Shown piece after piece: positions 20,333 through 30,371 of a DNA stretch of 64,000 nucleotides (position 1 is the first letter of the stretch; every line of letters starts with the position of its first letter). Made by a program: the position numbers and the translations under genes. The stretch lies in IMG/VR virus record IMGVR_UViG_3300050159_000048, one strand, 5' to 3'. The notes beneath the pieces were generated by a model. It saw only the letters and a list, made by a program, of their open reading frames with translations, was not told the origin of the DNA and did no database searches. The stretch comes from a virus. Its lineage: Duplodnaviria; Caudoviricetes.

Positions 20333-21453
20333 TACTTAACCCTCCCGATGATGTACTGAGCAATGTCGTGTGGGCGGAGACGACCCTTAGGAACATTCAA
20401 CTTCTTGGTTGGGCGAAGCTTTGATACACCCGGAGCGCGATGCGTTTCTTCCTCTTCATGTGACGACATGGAGATTGGCTCTAGGCTGTCATCGTCTTGA
20501 TCACCGCCGCCGTCTCGTTGGCCCATCTCATGTTTGAATTTGGCCAGCTGAGCCAAACGCTTAGCTTCGCGGTCTTCATCCTTGCGCGCCTTGTTGTATG
20601 TTTCCATGTCAAGGTACTGTTCTTCTTGCTTGACGCGAGACATTGCTTGAGCTACGATGGCATCAGCTTCCTTGGCCTTGGCTTCAGCCTCTTTGGCGCG
20701 AGCCTCAGCCTTGCGTGCTTCCGCGTCAGCCTTCATCATGTCAATCACTTGGGTGAGCAAGTCCTGAACCTGACCATCTCCAGCGCCACCCGTATCCATG
20801 CCCATATCCATGTCAGCTGATGGGTCAAGATCGAGATCACCGCCTTCTGGGTCCGGTTCTTGGCCTTCACCACCCGCAAGTTGTGCTTCTTGCTCCTCAT
20901 CTTCAGCGATTTCCGGCCACTGAACGTCAACAATGTTGAACTGGTCCTTTAGCTGGAACAAGATTTCTGCAATTTCGGGGACATCCTCGTCTGTACCTTC
21001 ACGATCCATCAAGAACGATTCTAGGGCACGCTCAAAATCATCAGCTTCTTCAGATTGAACAACAACACGGATCAATCCACCGTTATCGTCTTGCAAGCCA
21101 AACGTTACTGTATTGCGGTTGTCTGTTGTTTCACGCTTTTCCAAACCCTTCAGCTTGCCGATTAGGCTGTCACGATCAAAGTTGTTGGTGTTACCTTCGT
21201 CTTCGTCGGGATTTGCCAGGTCTTCGGAAACAATGTTGAATGCTTCACGAAGCTTGGTGGTCTTGGTGATTTTCTTGGCTTTGGGTTTGGTGCTAGGCTC
21301 AACAATTGGTTCTGCGACCTTTGGTTTCGCGCGCCGTACCATTTGGGCAAACAGAGGCGTGCCCGCAGAGGCAATTGAGCCCCCGCTGACTGCACCCATT
21401 GCTGCTTCTTCCGATACCATGGGGCGTGTGTTGAGTTTTTTGATTAGGTTCAT
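20332..21453 (-). CDS. Acidic low-complexity protein (possible prohead core/internal protein)
   Basis: Start MNLIKK after a GAGG-type RBS and TAAATA (21479-21484); E/D-rich with EAKAKEA repeats. Confidence 0.6.
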   Translation of the reverse strand: MNLIKKLNTRPMVSEEAAMGAVSGGSIASAGTPLFAQMVRRAKPKVAEPIVEPSTKPKAKKITKTTKLREAFNIVSEDLANPDEDEGNTNNFDRDSLIGKLKGLEKRETTDNRNTVTFGLQDDNGGLIRVVVQSEEADDFERALESFLMDREGTDEDVPEIAEILFQLKDQFNIVDVQWPEIAEDEEQEAQLAGGEGQEPDPEGGDLDLDPSADMDMGMDTGGAGDGQVQDLLTQVIDMMKADAEARKAEARAKEAEAKAKEADAIVAQAMSRVKQEEQYLDMETYNKARKDEDREAKRLAQLAKFKHEMGQRDGGGDQDDDSLEPISMSSHEEEETHRAPGVSKLRPTKKLNVPKGRLRPHDIAQYIIGRVK

Positions 21454-21498
21454 GAGCCGTCCTCGTATTAGTGTCGGGTATTTATGGACGGCAAAAGG

Positions 21499-21523
21499 AA
21501 AAGCCCGCACAAGGCGGGCTTTT
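21499..21523 (-). terminator. Rho-independent terminator
   Basis: AAAAGCCCGC-acaag-GCGGGCTTTT. Confidence 0.8.
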
Positions 21524-21529
21524 GTTGAG

Positions 21530-21826
21530 TTAGCGAAGACCGCTCTGCTTGAACGCTCGCCATTTCGGCTCAATCTTGTCACCTGTGGTATGTTCTACCC
21601 AAGTTTCGAAGTTGAACATCGTGGACATCATGCGGTCACGGTACTCACGGTACTCTGCGTGCAGCTTCGCGATGCGCTCACGTTCAGCTGGCTCCACATC
21701 CGACAAGTCGATCGCACGAATCAAATCCGACGGCAGAGACACTGGCAGAATGACGCGGGTAGTGACATCCTGCTTGCCTTGACTTTCGTACACAATAGAC
21801 GTGATTTGGTTCTCGGTCAGATTCAT
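21530..21826 (-). CDS. Hypothetical protein
   Basis: 98 aa, ATGA coupling to the upstream gene. Confidence 0.75.
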   Translation of the reverse strand: MNLTENQITSIVYESQGKQDVTTRVILPVSLPSDLIRAIDLSDVEPAERERIAKLHAEYREYRDRMMSTMFNFETWVEHTTGDKIEPKWRAFKQSGLR

Positions 21827-22107
21827 TCTGCCGCTCCCTCAGCACCGTCGTTGGCAGCGGGTAGGAGGCCCAGGTTCTGCGCCTTTTGCATGGCTTCTTC
21901 ACGCTCCTGCTTCAGCATCTGAACCAGAGCGGTTTGAGCGTCGCGCAGCGCGCTTCGCACCATCAGCAGGTCAGACGACAGGTCCGCCTCCTTCTGACGC
22001 CAATCGTCAAAGAAGCCAACGAGCTGCTGCACTTGTTCGCTCATCTTGGCAACTTCATAGGTTGCATCGTCAAGTTGAATGGTCAGGGTGGGTTGTACGG
22101 GTTTCAT
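21823..22107 (-). CDS. Hypothetical protein
   Basis: 94 aa, AGGAG RBS. Confidence 0.75.
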   Translation of the reverse strand: MKPVQPTLTIQLDDATYEVAKMSEQVQQLVGFFDDWRQKEADLSSDLLMVRSALRDAQTALVQMLKQEREEAMQKAQNLGLLPAANDGAEGAAE

Positions 22108-22126
22108 ATAGTTCTCCTAGGAAATT

Positions 22127-23479
22127 TTACTGGCCGTCGCCAGTATCAAACAGATCATCCCAACCACGCTTAGTGGATTGGTTCTTTTTGATTTTGTTGG
22201 GGTCGATCACACCATCGTCATCGACCGGGTCGGCGTCTCGATTAAGAATGCGTAGGAAGCCGTTGTCCCACTTGAGGAACAGTTGCTTACCGACAGCGTC
22301 GCTACTGCGGGACTTAAGGAAGACAAATCCAATTTCTCCTGCCGCCTTCATGGTTGCATTCATAATGATCGACACATACCAGTCAACGGTATTCACTTTA
22401 CTGATACCGCCTGCGATGTGTCCCTGATTTAGTTCTTGTGCATCAATAGCTGAACGGTTCTGCTGCGATGCGGTTGCTCCGAACATATTGAAGTCAAACA
22501 AAATGTCGCGCAGCTGTTCTGTGGCACGCTTATCCTTTTCAAACACGTTATCGGCTGATACATGTTCATTAGCCCCCATCAGGTCGAGATAGTCAACGAC
22601 TATCATATCGGGGACATACCCATGAACGAGCTCAAACTCCTTTAGATACGCGCGAATGCGGTTGCTGTTAGTGCCAACAGGCATCCGCTTAATCGTCAGC
22701 TTGCCCATCTGTGGAGCAACAAGGTTAATCGTTTGAGCGATCTCATCCTTGTGTTGTGCCCAAATAACCGACGACACGCCCGACAGCATCTGGTCAAACC
22801 GCTGTGCGATCATTTCTTCGGAGAGTTCCAAAGAAAGATACAGCACGTTCATCTTCTCTTTGCTGCCCGGTGTCCGGGATTGCATCAGGAAGTTTAATGC
22901 TAGGTTGGCAAGCGTAATAGACTTACCACCACCTGAGTTGGCTGAGAACAGTAGGATTTCTTTGCGTGCCAATCCACCACCAAGCAGATCATCAAATTCC
23001 TTCCAACGAGTTGGAGTGCGCAAGGGAACCCTGGATTGTTCATCGAGGCGAACATCTGGGTTCGAGAAGTAGTCCAACCCCAGGTCGCGGTTCAGAGAAA
23101 TTGTGATCGCATCGCGGATTAGCTGCTCGGCCGTACCGTAGTCAACGTCCGATGCAACTTCGTTGATTAGCTTGGAAGATTTAACAATCGCTTGCTCGAA
23201 TGCGCGTCGCTTGCAAAACGCTTCGATCTGGTCGGACATGAACTTGATCTCTGCACGAGAAACGTCGTCACGAGCCTTTAGAGAGACATTGGTCTCAGCA
23301 TCAATTTGAGAGGGCGTGGGGGTAGCGTTGTACTTGTCGTAGTACTCGTGGATAAAGTCCACAGTTTTGCGCAAGTCGGGGTCGAAGTAATCCGACTTGA
23401 TGATGTGCTTACACAGAGCGAATGTGTCGGGTGACGACACCACATATTCAAGGAGCAATCGTTGTTTTTTGTTATTCAT
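22127..23479 (-). CDS. gp41: Replicative DNA helicase (gp41/DnaB family)
   Basis: Walker A ANSGGGKS, YLSLELSE, IVVDYLDLM, TASQQNR. Confidence 0.95.
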   Translation of the reverse strand: MNNKKQRLLLEYVVSSPDTFALCKHIIKSDYFDPDLRKTVDFIHEYYDKYNATPTPSQIDAETNVSLKARDDVSRAEIKFMSDQIEAFCKRRAFEQAIVKSSKLINEVASDVDYGTAEQLIRDAITISLNRDLGLDYFSNPDVRLDEQSRVPLRTPTRWKEFDDLLGGGLARKEILLFSANSGGGKSITLANLALNFLMQSRTPGSKEKMNVLYLSLELSEEMIAQRFDQMLSGVSSVIWAQHKDEIAQTINLVAPQMGKLTIKRMPVGTNSNRIRAYLKEFELVHGYVPDMIVVDYLDLMGANEHVSADNVFEKDKRATEQLRDILFDFNMFGATASQQNRSAIDAQELNQGHIAGGISKVNTVDWYVSIIMNATMKAAGEIGFVFLKSRSSDAVGKQLFLKWDNGFLRILNRDADPVDDDGVIDPNKIKKNQSTKRGWDDLFDTGDGQ

Positions 23480-23501
23480 TAGTCATCCTCATCAGAAGGT
23501 G

Positions 23502-23530
23502 ACTATATTACAATACAGCGGTTACGTCAA
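23502..23530 (-). promoter_or_regulatory. Sigma70-type promoter
   Basis: TTGACG-17-TATAGT upstream of the helicase. Confidence 0.7.
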
Positions 23531-24526
23531 CAGAATGTGCGGGTAAATTGACCGAATTACCGATTTTTGAGCATACGCTTTTCCCTGAGCATAGTACAAT
23601 TCAGGTTGTGAGCTGTTAATGTACCCAAGGTCGATATACTGGTCATAGACTCGGTCCACATTTGTGTGAGGAGAGCGACTCAGTAGTAGCAGCACTTCAC
23701 CGGGCTGCGGTTGGCCCGATCCGTTGAAACTGTATGGGTAGAATAATGAACCGTTGGAGATTGCGCCAACAGAGAAATACAGTGGCGCGTTCGGAGTCGT
23801 CACGATGTTGAAACTACGTAGAATGTATTGATTACCGTTGGCAACAATACTCTCATACCCAGCCCAAGGCGAGTTGATTGACGGCACATAGTCAATACCA
23901 ACATATTCAATGGTGTTGTTGGATGAGCTACCTGAGTAGAATGTGACACCCAAACTAACCATTGGCGAAGTTGCCAACGTAGCAATCGTAATTTCGCCCG
24001 CATTTGTAGAAATCTGGACTGGGGCAGTATCGGAACTGGTTGACGACAGAGCCATTGGATTCACAGTGTTTTCCGATGACAATGCGATGCATTGTACCAA
24101 TCCTGATACAGCAACGTCAAACGTCAGGATGACCGTGTTCGAGTCAACGATTTGAGTACTCGTTGGAGTTCCGGGCTCTAGTGTGGCACTACCAGAGGAG
24201 GTGTCGCGATACACGTATACGTGTAGAATTGGACGGTTTGCTAGATTATGCTTTACAATCCATTGATTGGATTGTACAGGTTGTTCGTGAGTGTACAACA
24301 CCTTGCGTTGGTGCCAATCTTGCAAACCTTCTACCTCAGGAGGGAACGCTGGCGTGGCGTTAATCTCTTTGGTCTGAGTTACACGGTTTAGCTTACCTTG
24401 GCAGTTGTAAGTAATGATGCAGCGCTGCATCACTTCCATTCCCTGCTTATTTGCAGGGACACGGACGCGACGCTTGCACGTCGTGCATTCATATACGCTT
24501 TCACCTTTGACTACAACTGCTGGCAT
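23522..24526 (-). CDS. Hypothetical protein (probable virion protein; N-terminal CxxC)
   Basis: 334 aa, S/T/N-rich. Confidence 0.65.
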   Translation of the reverse strand: MPAVVVKGESVYECTTCKRRVRVPANKQGMEVMQRCIITYNCQGKLNRVTQTKEINATPAFPPEVEGLQDWHQRKVLYTHEQPVQSNQWIVKHNLANRPILHVYVYRDTSSGSATLEPGTPTSTQIVDSNTVILTFDVAVSGLVQCIALSSENTVNPMALSSTSSDTAPVQISTNAGEITIATLATSPMVSLGVTFYSGSSSNNTIEYVGIDYVPSINSPWAGYESIVANGNQYILRSFNIVTTPNAPLYFSVGAISNGSLFYPYSFNGSGQPQPGEVLLLLSRSPHTNVDRVYDQYIDLGYINSSQPELYYAQGKAYAQKSVIRSIYPHILLT

Positions 24527-24528
24527 GA

Positions 24529-24843
24529 TTACATCATTTCAAGACGATCTAGCTGACCAGCTAGAATGATTTTGGATGTGCGTTCCAAATAAGCCTTTTC
24601 CAGGTTGGCTGGGACCTTGACTGCGAACGACATCACGGTGTTCAGGTTGAATACATGCTGACCTTCAGCGTCAACCAGACTGTGAGGGAATAGATCCAGT
24701 ACAACCGACTCGCCACGTTGCATTGGACGGATCACCAATGGTTGTTCCAGTGTGATTGTGTTTTGTTCGAGGTTGCGTTCAACAACACGCCCGATAACTT
24801 CTGCACCAGCGATGGTGACAAACAGCATTAGTTCTGTATTCAT
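24529..24843 (-). CDS. Hypothetical protein (Sm/LSm-like beta fold possible)
   Basis: GAEVIGRV...ITLEQPLVI pattern; TAAATA at 24869-24874. Confidence 0.6.
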   Translation of the reverse strand: MNTELMLFVTIAGAEVIGRVVERNLEQNTITLEQPLVIRPMQRGESVVLDLFPHSLVDAEGQHVFNLNTVMSFAVKVPANLEKAYLERTSKIILAGQLDRLEMM

Positions 24844-24851
24844 AGTATACC

Positions 24852-25436
24852 TTATTTGTTATGATTAGTATTTAGTAGCTTACCGTATCCGTCACACGCA
24901 CTGGCTCGGACCGCATAGTAGTACGGAATCCCATACAGTATCACCTCCGCGTCGGCAGAAATGCCTTCGTGAAGGTTATGCGTGACGTATGTGTACCTCA
25001 CAACATCTGCAATGATGGAGGAGGCTTCTGCCTTGTCGTCTAGCTCTTCAACCAGGGCGGTTAGAGCCGTTTGGTAAGCCGTATTTGATTCATGTACTTC
25101 TTTGCTGTACATGAACTGATATCCGTCGATTGGGAAGACGTAGAACGGCTCTGTGTTTTGAGGCAGGGATGGAGTGTTTGGGTAAGCAAAGATTGCGCGT
25201 TGGCGAATATTACTGAACTGCTTACCGAATGCCATATTAAACGCGTCGGACACGTCGTCTTTGCGTTTTTGTTGGCGAACTTTCACCTTGTGAAAGTTGT
25301 GATACGTCACTGGGAGAGCTTTGAGTAAAGGCAATCCAGCCGACTCTTTTAGGAACTGTGCGCAATCAGTCTTGATCTTTTGCACCTCGCGAATTCCAAG
25401 ACCAACGCTCGTTCCAATAATGTCCTCAATGAGCAT
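24852..25436 (-). CDS. Hypothetical protein
   Basis: 194 aa; TAAATA at 25455-25460. Confidence 0.7.
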   Translation of the reverse strand: MLIEDIIGTSVGLGIREVQKIKTDCAQFLKESAGLPLLKALPVTYHNFHKVKVRQQKRKDDVSDAFNMAFGKQFSNIRQRAIFAYPNTPSLPQNTEPFYVFPIDGYQFMYSKEVHESNTAYQTALTALVEELDDKAEASSIIADVVRYTYVTHNLHEGISADAEVILYGIPYYYAVRASACDGYGKLLNTNHNK

Positions 25437-25486
25437 ACTTTCCCCTTTGACGGGTATTTAGGGCTCATTGAGGACGTTTCTGCGCC

Positions 25487-25852
25487 TTAGTTTTGGTAAG
25501 ACGTTTCAGTTTGCTCAGCAGCCAGGTCTTGAATGGTCTGGTCGATGAACGCATTGCAATCAGCAATGTGCTTCTGCATCATGCAGCGAGGGCCTTGTAC
25601 GACCTCGTTCAGCCGGTACGCAAACTCAGTTTGCATCAGATACAAGCGGTTGGCACCACCGTTCTTCGAACGGAAAGGACGCTCCATACGAGCGGTTGCT
25701 TGATTGAAGGCAGACGACAGGTAACGAACGATCTGACCGACGTCCTTTTCCTTCACGGGTTCTTTTTCTGTCATAATGGTTCCTATGACGGGTTTATCAA
25801 GAGATAGCGCATCAACGCTATCAGCGGGTTTTTGCGAGAACGCACGACTCAT
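25487..25852 (-). CDS. Hypothetical protein
   Basis: 121 aa non-overlapping ORF. Confidence 0.65.
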   Translation of the reverse strand: MSRAFSQKPADSVDALSLDKPVIGTIMTEKEPVKEKDVGQIVRYLSSAFNQATARMERPFRSKNGGANRLYLMQTEFAYRLNEVVQGPRCMMQKHIADCNAFIDQTIQDLAAEQTETSYQN

Positions 25853-25986
25853 TATGCGGAAAAGAATTCGGGGGACAACAGTGTTGTTCTTACCGCTAAA
25901 AGCAGATACAGTATAACTATGCGAAATTTAGAGGGTTTTTGAACCCCCGCTATTGAAGAAAAACAAGAACACTAAATAGCCAACCT

Positions 25987-26397
25987 ATGAAACTACGACA
26001 AGCAATTGCCCACATGCAGGCGGCATACATTTACGCATCTTTATCGTACTGTGTTCGCAGGCAAGTGGGGTGTGTTGTGGTTCGTGATAACCGAATCATC
26101 TCTATTGGGTACAACGGCACACCTGCAGGAGAAGACAATACTTGCGAAGCTGAAGACGGTAGCACAAAGTCCTGTGTCATTCATGCTGAAGACAACGCTC
26201 TACGTAAATTAGAGCGTTGTGGTGAGACTGCTGAGGGCGCCACATTATTCGTCACGACCGCGCCGTGCAAGACGTGCGCTGAAAAGATCGCAGCACACAA
26301 CGTTAGTCAAGTGCTATACGACGATCTGTATCGGAACGACGACGGAATCCGTTACTTGCAATCTGTAGGGATTGCAATTGAACAAATGACCACATAA
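25987..26397 (+). CDS. dCMP deaminase
   Basis: RRQVGCVV, IGYNGTP, HAEDNA, APCKTC zinc motifs. Confidence 0.95.
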   Translation: MKLRQAIAHMQAAYIYASLSYCVRRQVGCVVVRDNRIISIGYNGTPAGEDNTCEAEDGSTKSCVIHAEDNALRKLERCGETAEGATLFVTTAPCKTCAEKIAAHNVSQVLYDDLYRNDDGIRYLQSVGIAIEQMTT

Positions 26398-26421
26398 CAA
26401 CTACAAGAGGAAAACACCCCC

Positions 26422-28230
26422 ATGTCTCAAGACACATATTTGGGCATTAACATTGACCTATCACGAGACGCGCTTCTGGACGAAATCGGCATCCAGCGCT
26501 TGAAGGACTCGTACCTGATGGAAGATGAAACATCTCCCCAGCACCGATACGCGTACGTATCCAAGGCTTTCGGTAGCAATCCGGAACATGCACAGCGACT
26601 CTATGAATACGCCAGCAAGCATTGGATGGGTTATTCTACTCCCATCCTGTCGTTTGGTCGTAATGCTTCTGGCTTGCCGATCTCGTGCTTCCTGGTCAAC
26701 GTTCACGACTCCAAGGAGGGTCTAGTTGAAGCCCTATCCGAAACCAACTGGCTGTCGATGCTAGGCGGTGGTGTGGGCGTTTACTTCGGTATTCGTGGCA
26801 CAGACGAAAAGTCGGTTGGTGTCATCCCCCACATGGGTGTGTATGACCGCTCTTGCTTGGCTTATAAGCAGGGTACAACACGTCGCGGTAGCTACGCGAT
26901 GTATCTCGACATCAGTCACCCCGACATTCTCGAATTCCTTGATATGCGCAAGGAAACTGGTGACCAGAACCGTCGAGGTTTGAACCTTCACCACGGTGTA
27001 AACATTCCTAACAGCTTCATGGAAATCATTGAGCGTTGCATGCGCGATGCCAATGCCGATGACTCGTGGGAGCTGCGCGACCCTGCTTCAGGTAAGGTTC
27101 ACGAAGTTGTTTCAGCGAAGGATCTGTGGGTTAAGTTACTCGAACTACGGGCCGGCCAAGGTCGTGGTGAGCCATACATCCACTTCGTCGACAATGTTAA
27201 CAACGCTGTCAAACCATACTTGAAGGACAAAGGTTACAAGGTTGTCCAATCAAATCTGTGCTCGGAAATCGAGCTGATGACTGACAAGGACACCACAGCT
27301 GTGTGCTGCCTGTCATCAATCAATCTGGAACATTGGGACGAATACTGCGACAATTACCAATTCTTCCGCGATATTGCAGAAATGTTGGACAACGTGTTGC
27401 AATACTTTATCGACAACGCCCCTCCGTCGATTGCTCGAGCAGTCAAGTCAGCTCGCGAAGAACGCAGCATTGGTATTGGTGTGATGGGTTTCCATTCATA
27501 TCTGCAGAAGAACATAATCGCGTATGACGGCGTGATGGCAAAGGCTGCAAATAACCGCATCTTCACCCGGTTCCAAGCTCAACTGGATCGCGCCAATGCT
27601 GATCTCGGCGCTGAACGCGGTTCGCCTAAGTGGCTTGAAGGCACAGGTCTGCGGTTTGCGCACATGAGCGCGATCGCCCCAACGGCCAGCAATGCTCTGA
27701 TCTGCGGTAATGTGTCGCCTTCAACCGAAGCATGGCGCGCTAATGCATTCCGCCAAGACACATTGTCTGGTACGTTCATTCAGAAGAATAAGCATTTGGA
27801 CGAACTACTAAAGAAGTTGGATGCTGATGGGGCGTGTGATTACCAAGAAGCTTGGCTGAAGATTGTTCAAGCCGAAGGTTCTGTTCAGGGACTGGAGTGT
27901 TTGTCGGATATTGAGAAGGATGTCTTCAAAACGGCTTCAGAAATTGATCAGCTGTGGGCAGTTGAGTTGACGACTGATCGTCAACCCCGCATTGACCAGG
28001 GCCAGTCGTTCAACATCTACATTCGTCCAGATATCAGCATCGCTAAACTGCACGCCATTCACTTCTCCTACTGGAAGAAGGGTGGCAAGGCCATGTACTA
28101 CGTGCGCACAGAAAAGCTGGCTAACACAGACACAGTCGGCAAGAGGGTTGAGCGAGTCCGCATTGAAGAGGAAATCGACCAGTTGCGACAAATTGCTGAA
28201 GGCGTTGATTGCATCGCGTGCGAAGGCTAA
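26422..28230 (+). CDS. nrdA: Ribonucleotide reductase class Ia alpha subunit (no ATP cone)
   Basis: PISCF, SNLCSEI, AVCCLSS, AIAPTAS, DQGQS, C-terminal CIACEG. Confidence 0.97.
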   Translation: MSQDTYLGINIDLSRDALLDEIGIQRLKDSYLMEDETSPQHRYAYVSKAFGSNPEHAQRLYEYASKHWMGYSTPILSFGRNASGLPISCFLVNVHDSKEGLVEALSETNWLSMLGGGVGVYFGIRGTDEKSVGVIPHMGVYDRSCLAYKQGTTRRGSYAMYLDISHPDILEFLDMRKETGDQNRRGLNLHHGVNIPNSFMEIIERCMRDANADDSWELRDPASGKVHEVVSAKDLWVKLLELRAGQGRGEPYIHFVDNVNNAVKPYLKDKGYKVVQSNLCSEIELMTDKDTTAVCCLSSINLEHWDEYCDNYQFFRDIAEMLDNVLQYFIDNAPPSIARAVKSAREERSIGIGVMGFHSYLQKNIIAYDGVMAKAANNRIFTRFQAQLDRANADLGAERGSPKWLEGTGLRFAHMSAIAPTASNALICGNVSPSTEAWRANAFRQDTLSGTFIQKNKHLDELLKKLDADGACDYQEAWLKIVQAEGSVQGLECLSDIEKDVFKTASEIDQLWAVELTTDRQPRIDQGQSFNIYIRPDISIAKLHAIHFSYWKKGGKAMYYVRTEKLANTDTVGKRVERVRIEEEIDQLRQIAEGVDCIACEG

Positions 28231-28238
28231 CATGAAAG

Positions 28239-28303
28239 GTCCCAGGGGAACTCAAGGCGTATGTTTCGAACCATCGAAAAGGGCTCCGTGAGTTCCCTGG
28301 GAC
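28239..28303. repeat. Inverted repeat between nrdA and nrdB
   Basis: GTCCCAGGGGAACTCA (28239-28254) and TGAGTTCCCTGGGAC (28289-28303), one bulged base. Confidence 0.8.
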
Positions 28304-28392
28304 GATTTGGTCATCTTCAAGTGTGAGTGATGCAAGAAGTGGACCACCCGAAAGACCCGGAAATCAAAACAAGATAGAGAACTGGACCTATA

Positions 28393-29397
28393 ATGGTTAA
28401 GACTAACAAGAAAACAAAACTAACAGACACCCGCGCAACGTTCAAGCCGTTTGCGTACCCCAAGTGCTATGAACTGTGGCTCAAGCACGAACAGGTTCAT
28501 TGGCTGCATACTGTGATCCCAATGCAGCAGGACGTGTACGACTTCAAGAAGCGTCTGTCTGAAGGCCAGAAGGACTTCCTTACGCAGATCCTGCGTCTGT
28601 TTACACAAGGCGATGTGGACGTCGCGGCTGGCTACGTGAACAACTACTTGCCGGTATTCCCACAGCCGGAAGTACGGATGATGTTGCTTGGGTTTGCAGC
28701 TCGTGAGGCTGTTCACATTGCTGCGTACAGCCATCTACTGGAAACCCTCGGCTTCCCGGACACTACGTACAATGAATTCATGGAATACAAGGCGATGGCC
28801 GATAAGCATGACTTTATTGCACAAATTACGCAGTCTGGCGATAACGCTAAGGTGATCCAGCAGATGTGTGCCATTAGCGCGTTTACTGAAGGCATGCAGT
28901 TGTTTAGTTCGTTTGTCATGTTGCTGAACTTTGGACGCAACAACATGATGCCAGGCATGACCAAGATTGTCACATGGTCAATCATTGACGAAACGATGCA
29001 CTGTGAAGGTATGACGTACCTGTTCCGTGAGTTTGTGAAAGAGAACAAGGACATCTGGAATGACGATCTGAAGCGTGAGTTGTATACGATCGCTGAAAAA
29101 ATGGTTGAACTCGAGGATGCGTTCATCGACCTTGCATACAGCAAGCTGGATCCGTCAGAGTTCAAGCAGCAACTGTTGAAGGCTGACATGCATGCATACA
29201 TTCGCTACATTGCTGACCGTCGGTTGATCGGGATGGGGCTGAAGGGCATCTTTAAGCACAAGAAGAATCCGCTTCCGTGGGTTGACGAAATGCTTGCGCT
29301 GCCATCACACACCAACTTCTTCGAACAAACTGAGTCTAGCTATTCCAAGGGTGCGCTGCAAGGGACTTGGGATGATGTGTGGGGTGTGCTTAAGTAA
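28393..29397 (+). CDS. nrdB: Ribonucleotide reductase beta subunit
   Basis: FTQGD, EAVHIAAY, EGMQLFSSF, DETMH, NFFE. Confidence 0.97.
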   Translation: MVKTNKKTKLTDTRATFKPFAYPKCYELWLKHEQVHWLHTVIPMQQDVYDFKKRLSEGQKDFLTQILRLFTQGDVDVAAGYVNNYLPVFPQPEVRMMLLGFAAREAVHIAAYSHLLETLGFPDTTYNEFMEYKAMADKHDFIAQITQSGDNAKVIQQMCAISAFTEGMQLFSSFVMLLNFGRNNMMPGMTKIVTWSIIDETMHCEGMTYLFREFVKENKDIWNDDLKRELYTIAEKMVELEDAFIDLAYSKLDPSEFKQQLLKADMHAYIRYIADRRLIGMGLKGIFKHKKNPLPWVDEMLALPSHTNFFEQTESSYSKGALQGTWDDVWGVLK

Positions 29398-29417
29398 GCT
29401 GAGCGGACACTTAGATC

Positions 29418-29445
29418 AAAAAAAGGGGCGTTGTCGCCCCTTTTT
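29418..29445 (+). terminator. Rho-independent terminator
   Basis: GGGGCG-ttgt-CGCCCC-T5. Confidence 0.85.
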
Positions 29446-29481
29446 GTTTTGGGGTATACTGGATCAGAAGGAGTATTTGAT

Positions 29482-29988
29482 ATGATTGAAATTACAGAAA
29501 TCAACATAGACCTGGACGGAGTCATGGTAGACTTTCGGAAAAAGGCGCTGGAAGTCGCCGGAATTGTCCCCGAACACGACCCCAACAACAAGCAACTGCG
29601 TCGCGACTTTTGGAAGCACATTGAGATGCATGTTCGATCCGGCAAGCCTTTCTTTGGTGCGATGGATCCCATGGAGGACGCGTTTGTGTTGTGGGGGTAT
29701 TTGTTGGCCTCTGGCAAACCTCTGGTGATCAACTCAGCAACAGGACACATTCGTGGTGCTAGTGAAGAGAAGCGGTACTGGGTGCGAAAGCATCTCGGTC
29801 ACGATGCTGCGAACGCGGCACGCTTCGTGCGCGATGCAGTAATGAAGTCGCAATATGCGCATCACACCAAGGTCCTGATTGACGATCGCAGGAAGGCAAT
29901 TGATCCTTGGGTCGCGGCTGGTGGGATTGGAATACTACATACTAGTGCTGTAGAAACCATTGAGCAACTGAAGTTGCTAGGAGTATAA
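29482..29988 (+). CDS. HAD-family 5'(3')-nucleotidase-like phosphatase
   Basis: IDLDGVMVDF, K in VMKSQY, LIDDR, GGIGILH; AAGGAG RBS. Confidence 0.88.
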   Translation: MIEITEINIDLDGVMVDFRKKALEVAGIVPEHDPNNKQLRRDFWKHIEMHVRSGKPFFGAMDPMEDAFVLWGYLLASGKPLVINSATGHIRGASEEKRYWVRKHLGHDAANAARFVRDAVMKSQYAHHTKVLIDDRRKAIDPWVAAGGIGILHTSAVETIEQLKLLGV

Positions 29989-29990
29989 TT

Positions 29991-30371
29991 ATGGGATATG
30001 AGGCTTTTGTATTGACGGAAGCATCTCGGGCGAGTTTGCTCGAGCAGTTTCCGCCAAAGTTCCCTGATGTGATCGCGCATCACATCACACACCGATTTGG
30101 TGTGCATAAGCCGGCAGAGATGCCGGCTCCTACACCTACGTCATTTGAGGTCGTAGGTTATGCTGCTGATGACAGCCTGGAAGCATTGGTTGTTCGTAAG
30201 CGTACCGCCGTCGGACAGAATCGTCCGGACGGTAAACCCTACCACATCACGTGGTCGTTGGATCGTTCAAAGGGACGTAAGCCCGTTGATTCCAACGCGG
30301 TCATTGCGAACGGGTTTGAGCCGATCGATAAGCCAGTTATCGTGGCGGCTCAGTTCCATTACATTGATTAG
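29991..30371 (+). CDS. 2H phosphoesterase (cyclic phosphodiesterase-like)
   Basis: Two H-x-T motifs: HHITH and YHITW. Confidence 0.7.
   Translation: MGYEAFVLTEASRASLLEQFPPKFPDVIAHHITHRFGVHKPAEMPAPTPTSFEVVGYAADDSLEALVVRKRTAVGQNRPDGKPYHITWSLDRSKGRKPVDSNAVIANGFEPIDKPVIVAAQFHYID

Noticed and set aside
21113-21922. 269 aa plus-strand ORF
   Set aside because: It is an antisense shadow of three coupled minus-strand genes, with S/R/L-rich non-protein-like composition.
14038-28230. Inteins in the polymerase, helicase or NrdA
   Set aside because: Lengths are normal and no C/S...HN-C/S/T splice or LAGLIDADG motifs are seen.
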